Below are positions 19,711 to 29,334 of a DNA stretch of 64,000 bases, piece by piece. This DNA is from a virus: positions 8,199-72,198 of IMG/VR virus record IMGVR_UViG_3300008110_010000; one strand, given 5' to 3'. The notes below the pieces were generated by a model, which did no database searches, was not told where the DNA came from, and saw only the letters and a list, made by a program, of their open reading frames with translations. Position 1 is the first letter of the stretch, and each line of letters starts with the position of its first letter. The position numbers and the translations under genes were made by a program.

Positions 19711-21262
19711 CTTTAATATATTTTAGCATTTCATCCTGGATATCGGGTTCGATGTAATCCTGAGATCCTGGATTGCTATTTTGAGGATCTAATACCCATC
19801 CCTCTTTTTTTGCGGTTTCTATCACATCGTCGACATATTTATTAGATTTAGCATCGTCACCATCAACCATTCCTATTTCAAGGGGCTCTATTTTTGTTTC
19901 AGGTATCGAATCGAACCATTCTGATAACATCGGGAATGATTCTTTAAAATTCCTATTTCTTCTTATGTCATATTGAATATAAAAAGATTTAAAATCTCTT
20001 TCTCTAGATTCAATAGATGATGTAAATCTATGCCCAGTTTCAACTTCTCTTATGTAAGCAATCATTCTGATTATTCCATCTCTCTCAATATCTAGTAAAT
20101 CAGAAATATTCTTACTTAGCCATCCCTCTATATGATTTGCTCGTTCAATTCTTATGTCTTGCGGTAGTGTAACTATAGACTGAAAGCTTGGAAACCTTAA
20201 TATATTAAAAGAACAAATCGGGAAATGCTTGCCAAATTTTTTCTTCATTTTAATTACCTCATCCATAAATTCAGTAAGACTAAACAGACACAAAGAATTT
20301 ATAGTCATCATTACGTTTAGGGATGCCAATTTACCTTCTTCACAAACCCTGTACATATTTTTAAGCCATTTTTCCCAGATTAATCCATATCTGATATACT
20401 CAGCTTGCTTCCCTGTTGCTTCGCATGATGTGTAGAGATGAAACGTTTTAAAGCTGTGTGTCGACTTAATAAGTTCTTCCAAGAGTTCGTCTTTCTGTCC
20501 TAGATTGGAGTTAACTGCAAATTCCACACTACAATCCTTATTGGTTTCCCACCATTTCATCAGTTTCCAGAAATCTTGAGACATTGTTGGTTCACCTCCT
20601 GTTACTCTCAATTCTCTTAAAGAATATTGAAGCTCTCCCTCCCACCATTTCCAAAATGCTTCGATGTATGGATTTCCGATATTTTTTTTACCGTATGGGA
20701 GAGAGTGCGAACCATCATGCTGGAAAGCAGCTGCACCATCACTTACTAAATTCTGATATGGGCCGAACTTTTTTATATCATTTTGCCAGGTTGTAGAAAA
20801 TGAAGAATTGCAGTAAGAGCATGCAAAGTTACAATTGGGATCGAATGCAATTTCTAATGTTTTTAGATCCACGTCTTGCTGCCATCCGAGTTTGTTCTTG
20901 GCATCTTTTAGTTCTTCATCGGTGTAAATAACAGATTTATAAACCCGATCAGAAACTTTGTCGCTTCCCATGTCCTCTATTTTCCAGCAATACTCGCATT
21001 CTTTAGGTCTTTCTCCCTCCAGCATTTGTTTTCTGACCAATTTTTTATAGCTAGTGTTGTGTATTGCTTTATAACTTTGCGCAACTTCTGCGAGGGGTAT
21101 TTTATGAGCTGGGGGGTGATGGCAACTAGCTGTAGTTCCGTTTCCTAACCAGATTGTTGCGTTATACCATTTAGCACCACAGAAGGAAGGGGAAACAGAG
21201 TTTATCGCTCTGTCCCTATATTCTTGGTAGCTCTCCTCTCCTTTTTTTGCAAATATTCCCAT
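19703..21262 (-). CDS. radical SAM enzyme (paralog 3)
   Basis: CNFACSYC motif. N-terminal FCGAKW ... SCHHPPAHKIPL is shared with paralog 4. Confidence 0.6.
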   Translation of the reverse strand: MGIFAKKGEESYQEYRDRAINSVSPSFCGAKWYNATIWLGNGTTASCHHPPAHKIPLAEVAQSYKAIHNTSYKKLVRKQMLEGERPKECEYCWKIEDMGSDKVSDRVYKSVIYTDEELKDAKNKLGWQQDVDLKTLEIAFDPNCNFACSYCNSSFSTTWQNDIKKFGPYQNLVSDGAAAFQHDGSHSLPYGKKNIGNPYIEAFWKWWEGELQYSLRELRVTGGEPTMSQDFWKLMKWWETNKDCSVEFAVNSNLGQKDELLEELIKSTHSFKTFHLYTSCEATGKQAEYIRYGLIWEKWLKNMYRVCEEGKLASLNVMMTINSLCLFSLTEFMDEVIKMKKKFGKHFPICSFNILRFPSFQSIVTLPQDIRIERANHIEGWLSKNISDLLDIERDGIIRMIAYIREVETGHRFTSSIESRERDFKSFYIQYDIRRNRNFKESFPMLSEWFDSIPETKIEPLEIGMVDGDDAKSNKYVDDVIETAKKEGWVLDPQNSNPGSQDYIEPDIQDEMLKYIKDE

Positions 21263-21263
21263 G

Positions 21264-21917
21264 TTAAATTATTTTGGCGCTAGGCGCTATTTTATTGAAT
21301 TCGTTGATCGAATGGCTAGAGTATTCTGGATCTTCAAATATAATTCCATGATTTCCGTTCCCACTTTTATCGAATGTTTTAAATTTTGAATTTCTTTCAA
21401 AATCAAAAAACGAGTACAGCTTTTTTGATTTCTCGTCAAAGGAATCGACGATTTCATCGAAAACTGCAATTTTATAAATATCCCCTTTGAACCAGCATTC
21501 ATAAGATCCACTGTATGGATTTATAGATCCTATAAAAATATTCTTGTCTGAATAAGATTCAATTGGACCGGTTTCTTTTTCACCTTTTAAAATTCCATCG
21601 ATGTATATTTTAACAGAATCTGAAACTGTCACCATGACTTCCATTCTTTTATGTATATCATCAACAGGTATCCAGATATCGTTATATTGATAGGGTTTAG
21701 TGTACCAAGAGAATTTAACACCATTTGGTTTCTGTAAAAATATTCCCATATGGTATCCTATCCTTCCTACAATCAACGACTCATCCTCTGCAAACTCAGA
21801 GAGTTGAAAATCCCCATAAAGAGAAAAATTCCCCTCCAGATTTTCAAAATTCTTTGTGTTCGTATTATTTTTAGAATTGTTTGGGATGTAATATGCTTTC
21901 TTTTCGAATCTCATCAA
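21264..21917 (-). CDS. hypothetical protein
   Basis: 217-aa ORF with no motif recognised. Confidence 0.3.
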   Translation of the reverse strand: MMRFEKKAYYIPNNSKNNTNTKNFENLEGNFSLYGDFQLSEFAEDESLIVGRIGYHMGIFLQKPNGVKFSWYTKPYQYNDIWIPVDDIHKRMEVMVTVSDSVKIYIDGILKGEKETGPIESYSDKNIFIGSINPYSGSYECWFKGDIYKIAVFDEIVDSFDEKSKKLYSFFDFERNSKFKTFDKSGNGNHGIIFEDPEYSSHSINEFNKIAPSAKII

Positions 21918-23296
21918 ATTATTTTTTTATAAAATTCCTCAAATTCTGGAAAAACCTTCAAAAAATTGGTGCCTCTTCTTTTATCGTGATTGTCTACAAA
22001 AATTCGGAAATCCCTCCTGTTCTGTAATAAGGTCTCTTCAGGTTCTTCCGTTACCATCCAATCATGAATTCTATTTAACTTATTGATTTCGATGTCGGTA
22101 TATCCAAATCCATCAAGACCAACTCTTATTTGTTCGTAGAAGTCCATTAGCTGAGCTTGCTCTTTTACTACTGCAGACCATTCCTTATCTAATATTTTCA
22201 CTGTCTGGTGTGGAGGCCACCTTAAATAGGACGAGTCTAACATAATAGAGGAGCCATAGTATCTGTGAGGGTTGTGATATTCTTCCTTAAGCTTTACCAC
22301 ATTTTCTATTAACTTTTCATAATTAGGAACGGAAAGTGCGTTATATGTGGACATTATTATTACGGTCAGAGGCTCAATTTCTTTCAATAGAAAATTAACT
22401 CTATCCCACCATTGGTTGAAGACCAAACCATGTCTAATGTATTCAGCTTGTTCTCCCCAGGTATCTGCACTGGTAAATAGTATCACCTCGTTTACCCTGT
22501 TCTCGTCTATCATTCTTTTTAATTTTTCTACCATTAGATTAAAAAGCTTATCTGGTGCTCCTAAATTCGTATTGAGAGAAAAATTTAAATTTCTGTTTGG
22601 GTTTTTTTCATCCAAGATATAATCAAAAACCTTAAAAGTGTCTTTAGACAGAAGAGGTTCCCCTCCCGTTATTCTAAAAGTATGAAGATCTCTGTATAAA
22701 TCAGGCCACCATTTCCAGAAAGCCTCAACGTATGGGTTCTCCTGATTATGCGGTCTTGGGATCATGTTCAGATCCTTCAAATATTCTAAATTGTTAAATC
22801 TAAAGCTGGTAGGATATGGTCCATGCTGCTCTATTTCTTGAACCCATTGGGAAGAGAACGACGGTCCACAATACGAGCATTTAAAATTACAGTGATTACT
22901 AAAAGCTACCTCAACATACTTAGGATTGTAATTTTCTTTCCACCCTAAATCTTTTATTTCATTAAAATATGGGGCAGACCAGGGTTCAGAAGATTTATAA
23001 ATTCTATCGGAAAATGCATTTGATGTATCTTCTATATTCCAGCAATAATCGCATTCATCTGGTCTTTTACCATGAAGCATTTTTCTTCTCTGCTGCTTTT
23101 TATAAACTGTATTATGTAGAGCAGATGGGTTTTTTTCTAACTCTGATAGTGGGATATGATGCGTGCCTGGATGGTGACACGAATGTGTTTGTCCCATTTG
23201 TAAATGAAGTGTTACTTGAGTCCATTTTGCTAAACAAAAGCCACATCCAACATCGTTTAATTTATTTCTAGTTTTGTCGAAAAATTCGTTTAGCAT
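21914..23296 (-). CDS. radical SAM enzyme (paralog 4)
   Basis: CNFKCSYC motif. N-terminal FCLAKW ... SCHHPGTHHIPL is clearly paralogous to 19703..21262. Confidence 0.6.
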   Translation of the reverse strand: MLNEFFDKTRNKLNDVGCGFCLAKWTQVTLHLQMGQTHSCHHPGTHHIPLSELEKNPSALHNTVYKKQQRRKMLHGKRPDECDYCWNIEDTSNAFSDRIYKSSEPWSAPYFNEIKDLGWKENYNPKYVEVAFSNHCNFKCSYCGPSFSSQWVQEIEQHGPYPTSFRFNNLEYLKDLNMIPRPHNQENPYVEAFWKWWPDLYRDLHTFRITGGEPLLSKDTFKVFDYILDEKNPNRNLNFSLNTNLGAPDKLFNLMVEKLKRMIDENRVNEVILFTSADTWGEQAEYIRHGLVFNQWWDRVNFLLKEIEPLTVIIMSTYNALSVPNYEKLIENVVKLKEEYHNPHRYYGSSIMLDSSYLRWPPHQTVKILDKEWSAVVKEQAQLMDFYEQIRVGLDGFGYTDIEINKLNRIHDWMVTEEPEETLLQNRRDFRIFVDNHDKRRGTNFLKVFPEFEEFYKKII

Positions 23297-24603
23297 TATA
23301 GTAATCTTTTTTTAATTATCGGATTGAGACTCTCCAAACAAATTAGATCGTTTGGTAAATTTCTGTGTTTTGAATTATTTGCAATCATTAAATCGTGTCT
23401 TTCTTTATGATTTACCCATGGATTATCTCCAAATAATCTTATATGTTCATTTATACTCGATATAAATATCTTCGATTCAAAGTCGTCGTTATCTAAAATA
23501 AACTCTGGAAGATGATACGAATTAACAAACGGAACAATGTAATCATAATTTCTCCTGAGAATTGATTCAAAGCTATTTTTTATATTCGCTCCGTCAAGTA
23601 ATATACATCCATTCTTGACGTAGAATATTATATTCTTTTTACTATCCTTTAAAATATTTAAAATTATTTGGGATTCTAAATCTTCCGATGATGTGTCCAA
23701 GAAAACATATTCATATTCAAAATGATCAGTAATCATGCTTCTGAGCGTCTCCTTGCTGTTTTTTTCGATCACAAAATATCTAAGATTTTTAAATTTATTT
23801 TTATAAAAGTTTAGGGTAGTTTCCAAAACCCCTCCATAATTTTCTTCAGTTCCATCTACCGAAACAAAAGCACAGACCTCAGTAGAGATGCACGGTATGT
23901 CTTCATATGGTGGATAATGATTGTCTCTAAAATTTACTAGCTGTTTATAAAGAGAATTTGATATGGTTGAAGGAAATTCGCAGTTTGATAACGCAAGGCC
24001 AAAAACAGCTCCCTCTCCTCTTAAATCATCATCAGCCTCCTTCGCTACCTTTTTTCTAAGCATCGAATAAAATTCATAGGTTTCAAACAATTTGTCTATC
24101 TTTTCTTCGTCAATACCCTCGAAATTAAAATACATTAAATCTTCCCATGGAGTAACTGTATTTCTAAATTCAACATTATTTTTTATCAGCTCATCTTTAA
24201 ATTTTCCAAGTTTTGGATTCGTTTCTAATAAGGCTTTGAAATGTATGCTTGTAAATCTGTTGTATGAAAATCCTGGATTAAAATTCTTAGAAATAATATC
24301 ATTTATGAATTCTTCAGAATTTATCAATATCAGATCAGAATCCATATAAAGTATTTTATTATACCCCCTTTTTCTTACCTGGTTAATGAATATAAATTTG
24401 CTATGAAAATCAAAGGTTGTGGAAAAATCGTGCTTTATTATTTCAACCCCTTCCATGTCTTTGAATTCTGACACATTATCGGTGTAAACAAATATTTTAA
24501 AAGATCCACTATCAGTGAAATTCTTTATTAAAAATTTGCAGCAGGTATAATAATACTCAGTATTAGAAGCAATTGTCGCTATTGCTATTTTATTTTCCAT
24601 CAT
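23296..24603 (-). CDS. hypothetical protein
   Basis: 435-aa ORF in the glycosylation array. No motif recognised. Confidence 0.35.
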   Translation of the reverse strand: MMENKIAIATIASNTEYYYTCCKFLIKNFTDSGSFKIFVYTDNVSEFKDMEGVEIIKHDFSTTFDFHSKFIFINQVRKRGYNKILYMDSDLILINSEEFINDIISKNFNPGFSYNRFTSIHFKALLETNPKLGKFKDELIKNNVEFRNTVTPWEDLMYFNFEGIDEEKIDKLFETYEFYSMLRKKVAKEADDDLRGEGAVFGLALSNCEFPSTISNSLYKQLVNFRDNHYPPYEDIPCISTEVCAFVSVDGTEENYGGVLETTLNFYKNKFKNLRYFVIEKNSKETLRSMITDHFEYEYVFLDTSSEDLESQIILNILKDSKKNIIFYVKNGCILLDGANIKNSFESILRRNYDYIVPFVNSYHLPEFILDNDDFESKIFISSINEHIRLFGDNPWVNHKERHDLMIANNSKHRNLPNDLICLESLNPIIKKRLL

Positions 24604-26046
24604 TTATGCTTTGCAATTAATCAGAAGGGTATTGTTGAATACCTCTTTAGTAGAGACTAACTCGTACTTCATACTGTTGAATCCCTCACTTTTATAGTTT
24701 ATACATTTCCTTTGCATTTCAGTTACGAACCTTTTTTCATTTCTTGCTGTTGTTTCCCCCTTTGCCCACTTATTATTTACTAGCCCTTCGTCAATGTGTG
24801 GTAAACACTCGAAAGATCCTTCTCTCCTATAAGGAATTGGCATGTCGCTAACCTCGATGGAATCTTCAACGATTTCTAAATTATAAGCCTTAGCTTTAAT
24901 TCCACTCATTACGTCTTCGATTTCTCCATTTTCTATCAAATCAAATTTAAAATGCAGAACTGGCTTATGTTTTAAATCGTGAAATTTAGTAACATCTCCT
25001 GGAATTTTTACTGCCTTATCAAAAATCATTAATTCTGCAATTTCACCTCTAAAAAATAATGGATTTTCCTCGTCGCCGTTATATCCCACGATAGATTTTT
25101 CTTTATCCCTATACTGAAATAAATCATTATTTATTATTGTAGATTTATTTTCTTTGATTCCTTTTTCGTTAGATCTTGCTAGTTCGTCATTTAGAAAAAA
25201 ATTAAAGTGACCACTTGAAGAATCATAAGATGTTGTTACCCAGGACCAAACACCATCATCCCTCTTGATCCAATTATAGATCTGGGATGATGAAAAATCT
25301 GAAATCATGCTAGTAACAGCTCTGGAGTTGTTAAAAGATATGCAGTACGGACTATATGATTGCTTTCGGAAAACCGGAAATTCTATGAATTTTTTGTCAT
25401 CCGTTCCTATTAGCCAATCTTTATATTTTTCAGGTTGTTGTTCTGCTTTAAATAAAGCACATACCGTATGATCTGATCCCAGTATTTTGTTTATGGATTT
25501 TATCCATGGGATTTCAACATATGAGTTGTCTCCATTAAATCTTGAAAATTTTCTTTTTTTATATTTTTTATAAATCCTTTTTTCAACATATCCTTCGAAA
25601 TAACATCGATAAAAAAGGTCGTCATCTTCCATACCCCAATCCCAATAATCATTAGAATATCCGTTAGTTTTTATAACTTGATCCTTAGTAAATAGAATTA
25701 CCCCACCGAAGTATTGTTCATAATTTAGTTTGAAATCGTACTTCGAAAGTTTTGTTGCTATATGAATTGGATATTTTTCCGGATATGAATAGTCACAATC
25801 ATCGGAGAATGGCACCATATCAACGTCATGCCATGCAATATAATCACATCCATCATCGAAGGCAAACTTGGCTGCTATGTTTTTCATTAGTCCCCTATTA
25901 AACAGCTTATTATCCACCTGATGGGCCACATAAAATTTATGATCTATTCCACGATTTTTTAGATACTCCCCCAGGTCTTCAGTTAGCTTCTGTAAGTGAT
26001 CGAATCTATTTCTGTAAGGTATGCAAATTCCCAGTTTATGACTCAT
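24604..26046 (-). CDS. GT7-family beta-1,4-galactosyltransferase-like glycosyltransferase with C-terminal extension
   Basis: LGICIPYRNRFDHL, FNRGLMKNIA, WHDVDMVPF, YFGGVILFTKDQVIKTNGYSNDYWDWGMEDDDLF: the full set of B4GALT/GT7 signature blocks. Confidence 0.65.
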   Translation of the reverse strand: MSHKLGICIPYRNRFDHLQKLTEDLGEYLKNRGIDHKFYVAHQVDNKLFNRGLMKNIAAKFAFDDGCDYIAWHDVDMVPFSDDCDYSYPEKYPIHIATKLSKYDFKLNYEQYFGGVILFTKDQVIKTNGYSNDYWDWGMEDDDLFYRCYFEGYVEKRIYKKYKKRKFSRFNGDNSYVEIPWIKSINKILGSDHTVCALFKAEQQPEKYKDWLIGTDDKKFIEFPVFRKQSYSPYCISFNNSRAVTSMISDFSSSQIYNWIKRDDGVWSWVTTSYDSSSGHFNFFLNDELARSNEKGIKENKSTIINNDLFQYRDKEKSIVGYNGDEENPLFFRGEIAELMIFDKAVKIPGDVTKFHDLKHKPVLHFKFDLIENGEIEDVMSGIKAKAYNLEIVEDSIEVSDMPIPYRREGSFECLPHIDEGLVNNKWAKGETTARNEKRFVTEMQRKCINYKSEGFNSMKYELVSTKEVFNNTLLINCKA

Positions 26047-27449
26047 ATTCCTACGTTAATTTCTGTTATATTTCCCTCTCTTTTTCTTCCGTGATCTGTG
26101 TACTTTAGATCCGATAATCCGTCTCCAAATAAAAGATTGCTGTTATTTCTTACCTCGTTATAGAATCTTAATTGATTCCATCTAGTTGCTTTATCCTTCC
26201 ATCTATTTTCGAAGAAACCATTTTGCTCATGTTTCATGGATTTAAAGATAGAATCCCTTCTGATCGGAAGGTCTATTTTTTTAAACCAAGGACCTTCCAT
26301 ATCAACAATTTCACATTTGAAAATACTAGCATCGTTTCCGTTTCCTGAAAGATCTACTAACTTATAATTTTCTATGTGCTCTGCATCATAGTGACAAAGA
26401 ATGGATCCGGATTTTTTATATTCCGAAAAGTCGTTTGTTGCTGAAACAGATTTAACTTCATTTTCACTTAAAATTCCTTCTAAGACTACCAAAGAATCTA
26501 TGTACCCCTTGAAAAAATTAGGATCTCCATTTCTTTTAGGATTTCCTGCACCGATAAAGAAATACTTTTCGTCTGAATAATCCTTTAATTCTCCCTCCCA
26601 ATTTGTTTTTCCTATATGTTCTCCGTCTTGATAGAAATTTATTTCTCTCAACGATTGATTTAATGTGATACAAATATTTGTTTGATAATTAGTAGTTATT
26701 TCTGTGTTTATGTATGATGCTTTTTCTTCGGAGTTGAATGTAACAAAATTGTATCTCTTGAATGAATTATAGGAAATTGCAGTGTCATACCCCGGAATGC
26801 TAAAAACCGTATAAACATCAAGATCCTTCGTTGAATCATAAACCAATTCATCGGGGAAAAAAGATGCAAATAATGTTAGATCCTTGTCTATGCAAAAATT
26901 ATTTTTTGCTCTCACAAAAGAATCCTGTCCGTTAAATTTTAGTGATTTATGGAAATTTCTTGTTTTTTTGATGTAATAAGGCTCTGTGCCTATGCTCTTG
27001 TTTTTGCATCTTAGGAAAAGGTCATCATCTTCAAATCCCCATCCCCAATACTTATTTGAATATCCGTTTATCTTTTTGAAATCTTTAATCGGAAACATAG
27101 TGACCCCGCCGAAGTATTCGTCGAATGGCTTTGATCTTTCCCCCGAGTCCTCGTCCTCTATTAGAGTTGCAAGATGAACTGGATGATCACAGTAAGAATA
27201 ATCAACATCCAATGGCAGCAAATCAACATCATGAAAAACCACATAATCACATCTTAAGTTTCTGGCACACTTAAATCCTATATTTAATAGCATCCCTCGA
27301 TTAAATTGCTTACCGTCGTCTTGATTTACGATGATAATTTCATGTGGTATTTTTTCCTCGTTTAGATATTTTACTATCTCCTTGAGAAAAAAATAAAGAT
27401 GTTCCCCTCTGTGGCGGAAAGGAACTATGACTCCTAGTTTTTTATCCAT
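26043..27449 (-). CDS. GT7-family beta-1,4-galactosyltransferase-like glycosyltransferase (paralog)
   Basis: LGVIVPFRHRGEHL, FNRGMLLNIG, FHDVDLLPL, YFGGVTMF ... INGYSNKYWGWGFEDDDLF. Confidence 0.65.
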   Translation of the reverse strand: MDKKLGVIVPFRHRGEHLYFFLKEIVKYLNEEKIPHEIIIVNQDDGKQFNRGMLLNIGFKCARNLRCDYVVFHDVDLLPLDVDYSYCDHPVHLATLIEDEDSGERSKPFDEYFGGVTMFPIKDFKKINGYSNKYWGWGFEDDDLFLRCKNKSIGTEPYYIKKTRNFHKSLKFNGQDSFVRAKNNFCIDKDLTLFASFFPDELVYDSTKDLDVYTVFSIPGYDTAISYNSFKRYNFVTFNSEEKASYINTEITTNYQTNICITLNQSLREINFYQDGEHIGKTNWEGELKDYSDEKYFFIGAGNPKRNGDPNFFKGYIDSLVVLEGILSENEVKSVSATNDFSEYKKSGSILCHYDAEHIENYKLVDLSGNGNDASIFKCEIVDMEGPWFKKIDLPIRRDSIFKSMKHEQNGFFENRWKDKATRWNQLRFYNEVRNNSNLLFGDGLSDLKYTDHGRKREGNITEINVGI

Positions 27450-27651
27450 CTATTGTAGGGTCCTTTGGTTTTATCGATTTATGAAATTCCGTCAGATAGT
27501 ACTGAATCCTGTTGCTCCAATCATCCTTATCAATATCTTCTATCCAAGCTGAAATGTCATCGAGGGAATCTGAGATTCTTTCGAGTGCTTTTACTTTTCT
27601 AAGTTCCAATTCTAAAAATTGATCCTCGTTTGATTTTTTAGCTGTTGCCAT
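27442..27651 (-). CDS. small hypothetical protein
   Basis: 69-aa acidic ORF. Coding status uncertain. Confidence 0.2.
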   Translation of the reverse strand: MATAKKSNEDQFLELELRKVKALERISDSLDDISAWIEDIDKDDWSNRIQYYLTEFHKSIKPKDPTIDG

Positions 27652-27652
27652 A

Positions 27653-28501
27653 TTAGATTGATATTATTTTTTTAATTAAAGAGCTCCATTCTTTATAATC
27701 TTCAAAATAGACGCATCCATATTCAAACATAAAATCAGAATTACTGAGGTCTATCCTAGATTTATTTCTCTTTATAGCATCATACATCACTTTATATTCG
27801 TCAGAATATGAATAATCCTGATTAATATCTGCGACATTTTTGATCCTTTCTAAGCATGTTGAATCCCATTTAAAATGGTGGACCTGGACGGAATATTTTT
27901 CTACTGGTGCAATTAGTGGATGGCTCCATCCTTGCCACCTCCAGGTAGTCTGCCCATTTATTTTTGCATAATGCTGCCCAGAAGTTATTTCAATTCCTCC
28001 TTTAACCAAGCAGATTTTGTTAGGGCATGCGTTACTCATGGGGTATCTGAAAAATCCGGCTATGGGAAACTGGTCAAAGATTGGTACATCTTCAAGTATC
28101 TTACAGAACTCCCCGTTGTTTCCTATCCTGTCTAGAAATCCTCCCCTAATTAATTCCCACCCCTGACTTTCACAATCACTAACCATATAATTAGGTGACT
28201 CAGGATAAACGTGAAATTCGTCTATATCAGCAATCATGTACCAGTTGCTTCTTGATTTTTTTATTTGTTCATTATATAGATCAGTAACCCTGTTCCAATC
28301 AAAGATCCTATCATAAACAGTTTTAACTATTTTTACTTTTTCCTTACCTCTGATGGAACTTCTTACCTCTCTCTTTAAATCTGGATGCAGATCAGATTCA
28401 TAGACCACAAAATTTATTTCATCTACCATGTTATAATAATGATTGATGAAGTGTGGTATTAGAGGAACCCCATGACCTATTATAGATATTAATTTTATCA
28501 A
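27653..28501 (-). CDS. hypothetical protein
   Basis: 282-aa ORF with no motif recognised. Confidence 0.35.
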   Translation of the reverse strand: MIKLISIIGHGVPLIPHFINHYYNMVDEINFVVYESDLHPDLKREVRSSIRGKEKVKIVKTVYDRIFDWNRVTDLYNEQIKKSRSNWYMIADIDEFHVYPESPNYMVSDCESQGWELIRGGFLDRIGNNGEFCKILEDVPIFDQFPIAGFFRYPMSNACPNKICLVKGGIEITSGQHYAKINGQTTWRWQGWSHPLIAPVEKYSVQVHHFKWDSTCLERIKNVADINQDYSYSDEYKVMYDAIKRNKSRIDLSNSDFMFEYGCVYFEDYKEWSSLIKKIISI

Positions 28502-29226
28502 ATCTCTTTTCTTTTAAATAGGGTTATTCCTGATGACGAAGGTTTATCTTTTAATGATCCGTAATTAAATAGACTGAATTTTTCCCATTCAGAGTCGTCA
28601 AAATCTTTTACAAATTGGGATGGACCAGAGAAATCGTGGAAATCTTTTTTCTGATCTTCAGATACTATGAAGCTGGAAGAAAATTTAGGATCTGTGTCAT
28701 GTATTGCTATGATGCCCTGATCGTTCAAAATGTTTTTGTATAACTTAAAATCCTTGTCTACTCCTTCATATGAATGATCTCCATCTATAAAAAGAAAGTC
28801 TATTTTAATATCTTGTAAAACGAAAAAATCATAATATGCTCTTTCTGAAGTTTCTTTAACAAATCTTGGATGGAATGTTTTTCTGTAAAAACTTTCTTCA
28901 TCACACATATTAGATTGTCCCCCTACACCATTACACGGATCTACCACATAAGTTGCTCCGATATTCCCCCAATTATAATCGGGATTTCCCGAGAAAGTTC
29001 CTATTGAATGCAGATCTATTCGGGCTTGTGTTAGAATTCGCGGAATATATCCGCCTCCACTTCCTATGCAAACACAATTTTTAAATCTGAAAAATTGCAC
29101 TAGAGAATAGATCAGAAGTCCATCCCCCATATCCAGATCAGTCGCTCCGTGGGAGTATCTGAACGGGACAGGATTGTCCAAATCGTTGGTTATTCTTTGT
29201 TTTATGTAATCAGTATTCAGAATCAT
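28498..29226 (-). CDS. class I SAM-dependent methyltransferase (TylF/Methyltransf_24-like)
   Basis: CIGSGGGYIPR glycine-rich SAM loop and FIDGDHSYEGV (D-x-D-H-x-Y-E) typical of TylF/MycF-type O-methyltransferases. Confidence 0.45.
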   Translation of the reverse strand: MILNTDYIKQRITNDLDNPVPFRYSHGATDLDMGDGLLIYSLVQFFRFKNCVCIGSGGGYIPRILTQARIDLHSIGTFSGNPDYNWGNIGATYVVDPCNGVGGQSNMCDEESFYRKTFHPRFVKETSERAYYDFFVLQDIKIDFLFIDGDHSYEGVDKDFKLYKNILNDQGIIAIHDTDPKFSSSFIVSEDQKKDFHDFSGPSQFVKDFDDSEWEKFSLFNYGSLKDKPSSSGITLFKRKEI

Positions 29227-29249
29227 CCTTACATTTTACCCTATTTTCT

Positions 29250-29287
29250 ATGAAAATTTCATGCAAAGATTGTCTATGAAATAGACA
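29250..29287. promoter_or_regulatory. two palindromes in divergent intergenic region (candidate operator/promoter elements)
   Basis: ATGAAAATTTCAT (29250-29262) and TGTCTATgaaATAGACA (29271-29287) lie between a minus-strand operon end and the first plus-strand gene. Confidence 0.3.
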
Positions 29288-29334
29288 AGGTTGCATTTTA
29301 TTTAACCGGGGATTATTTTTACATTTACGACATC

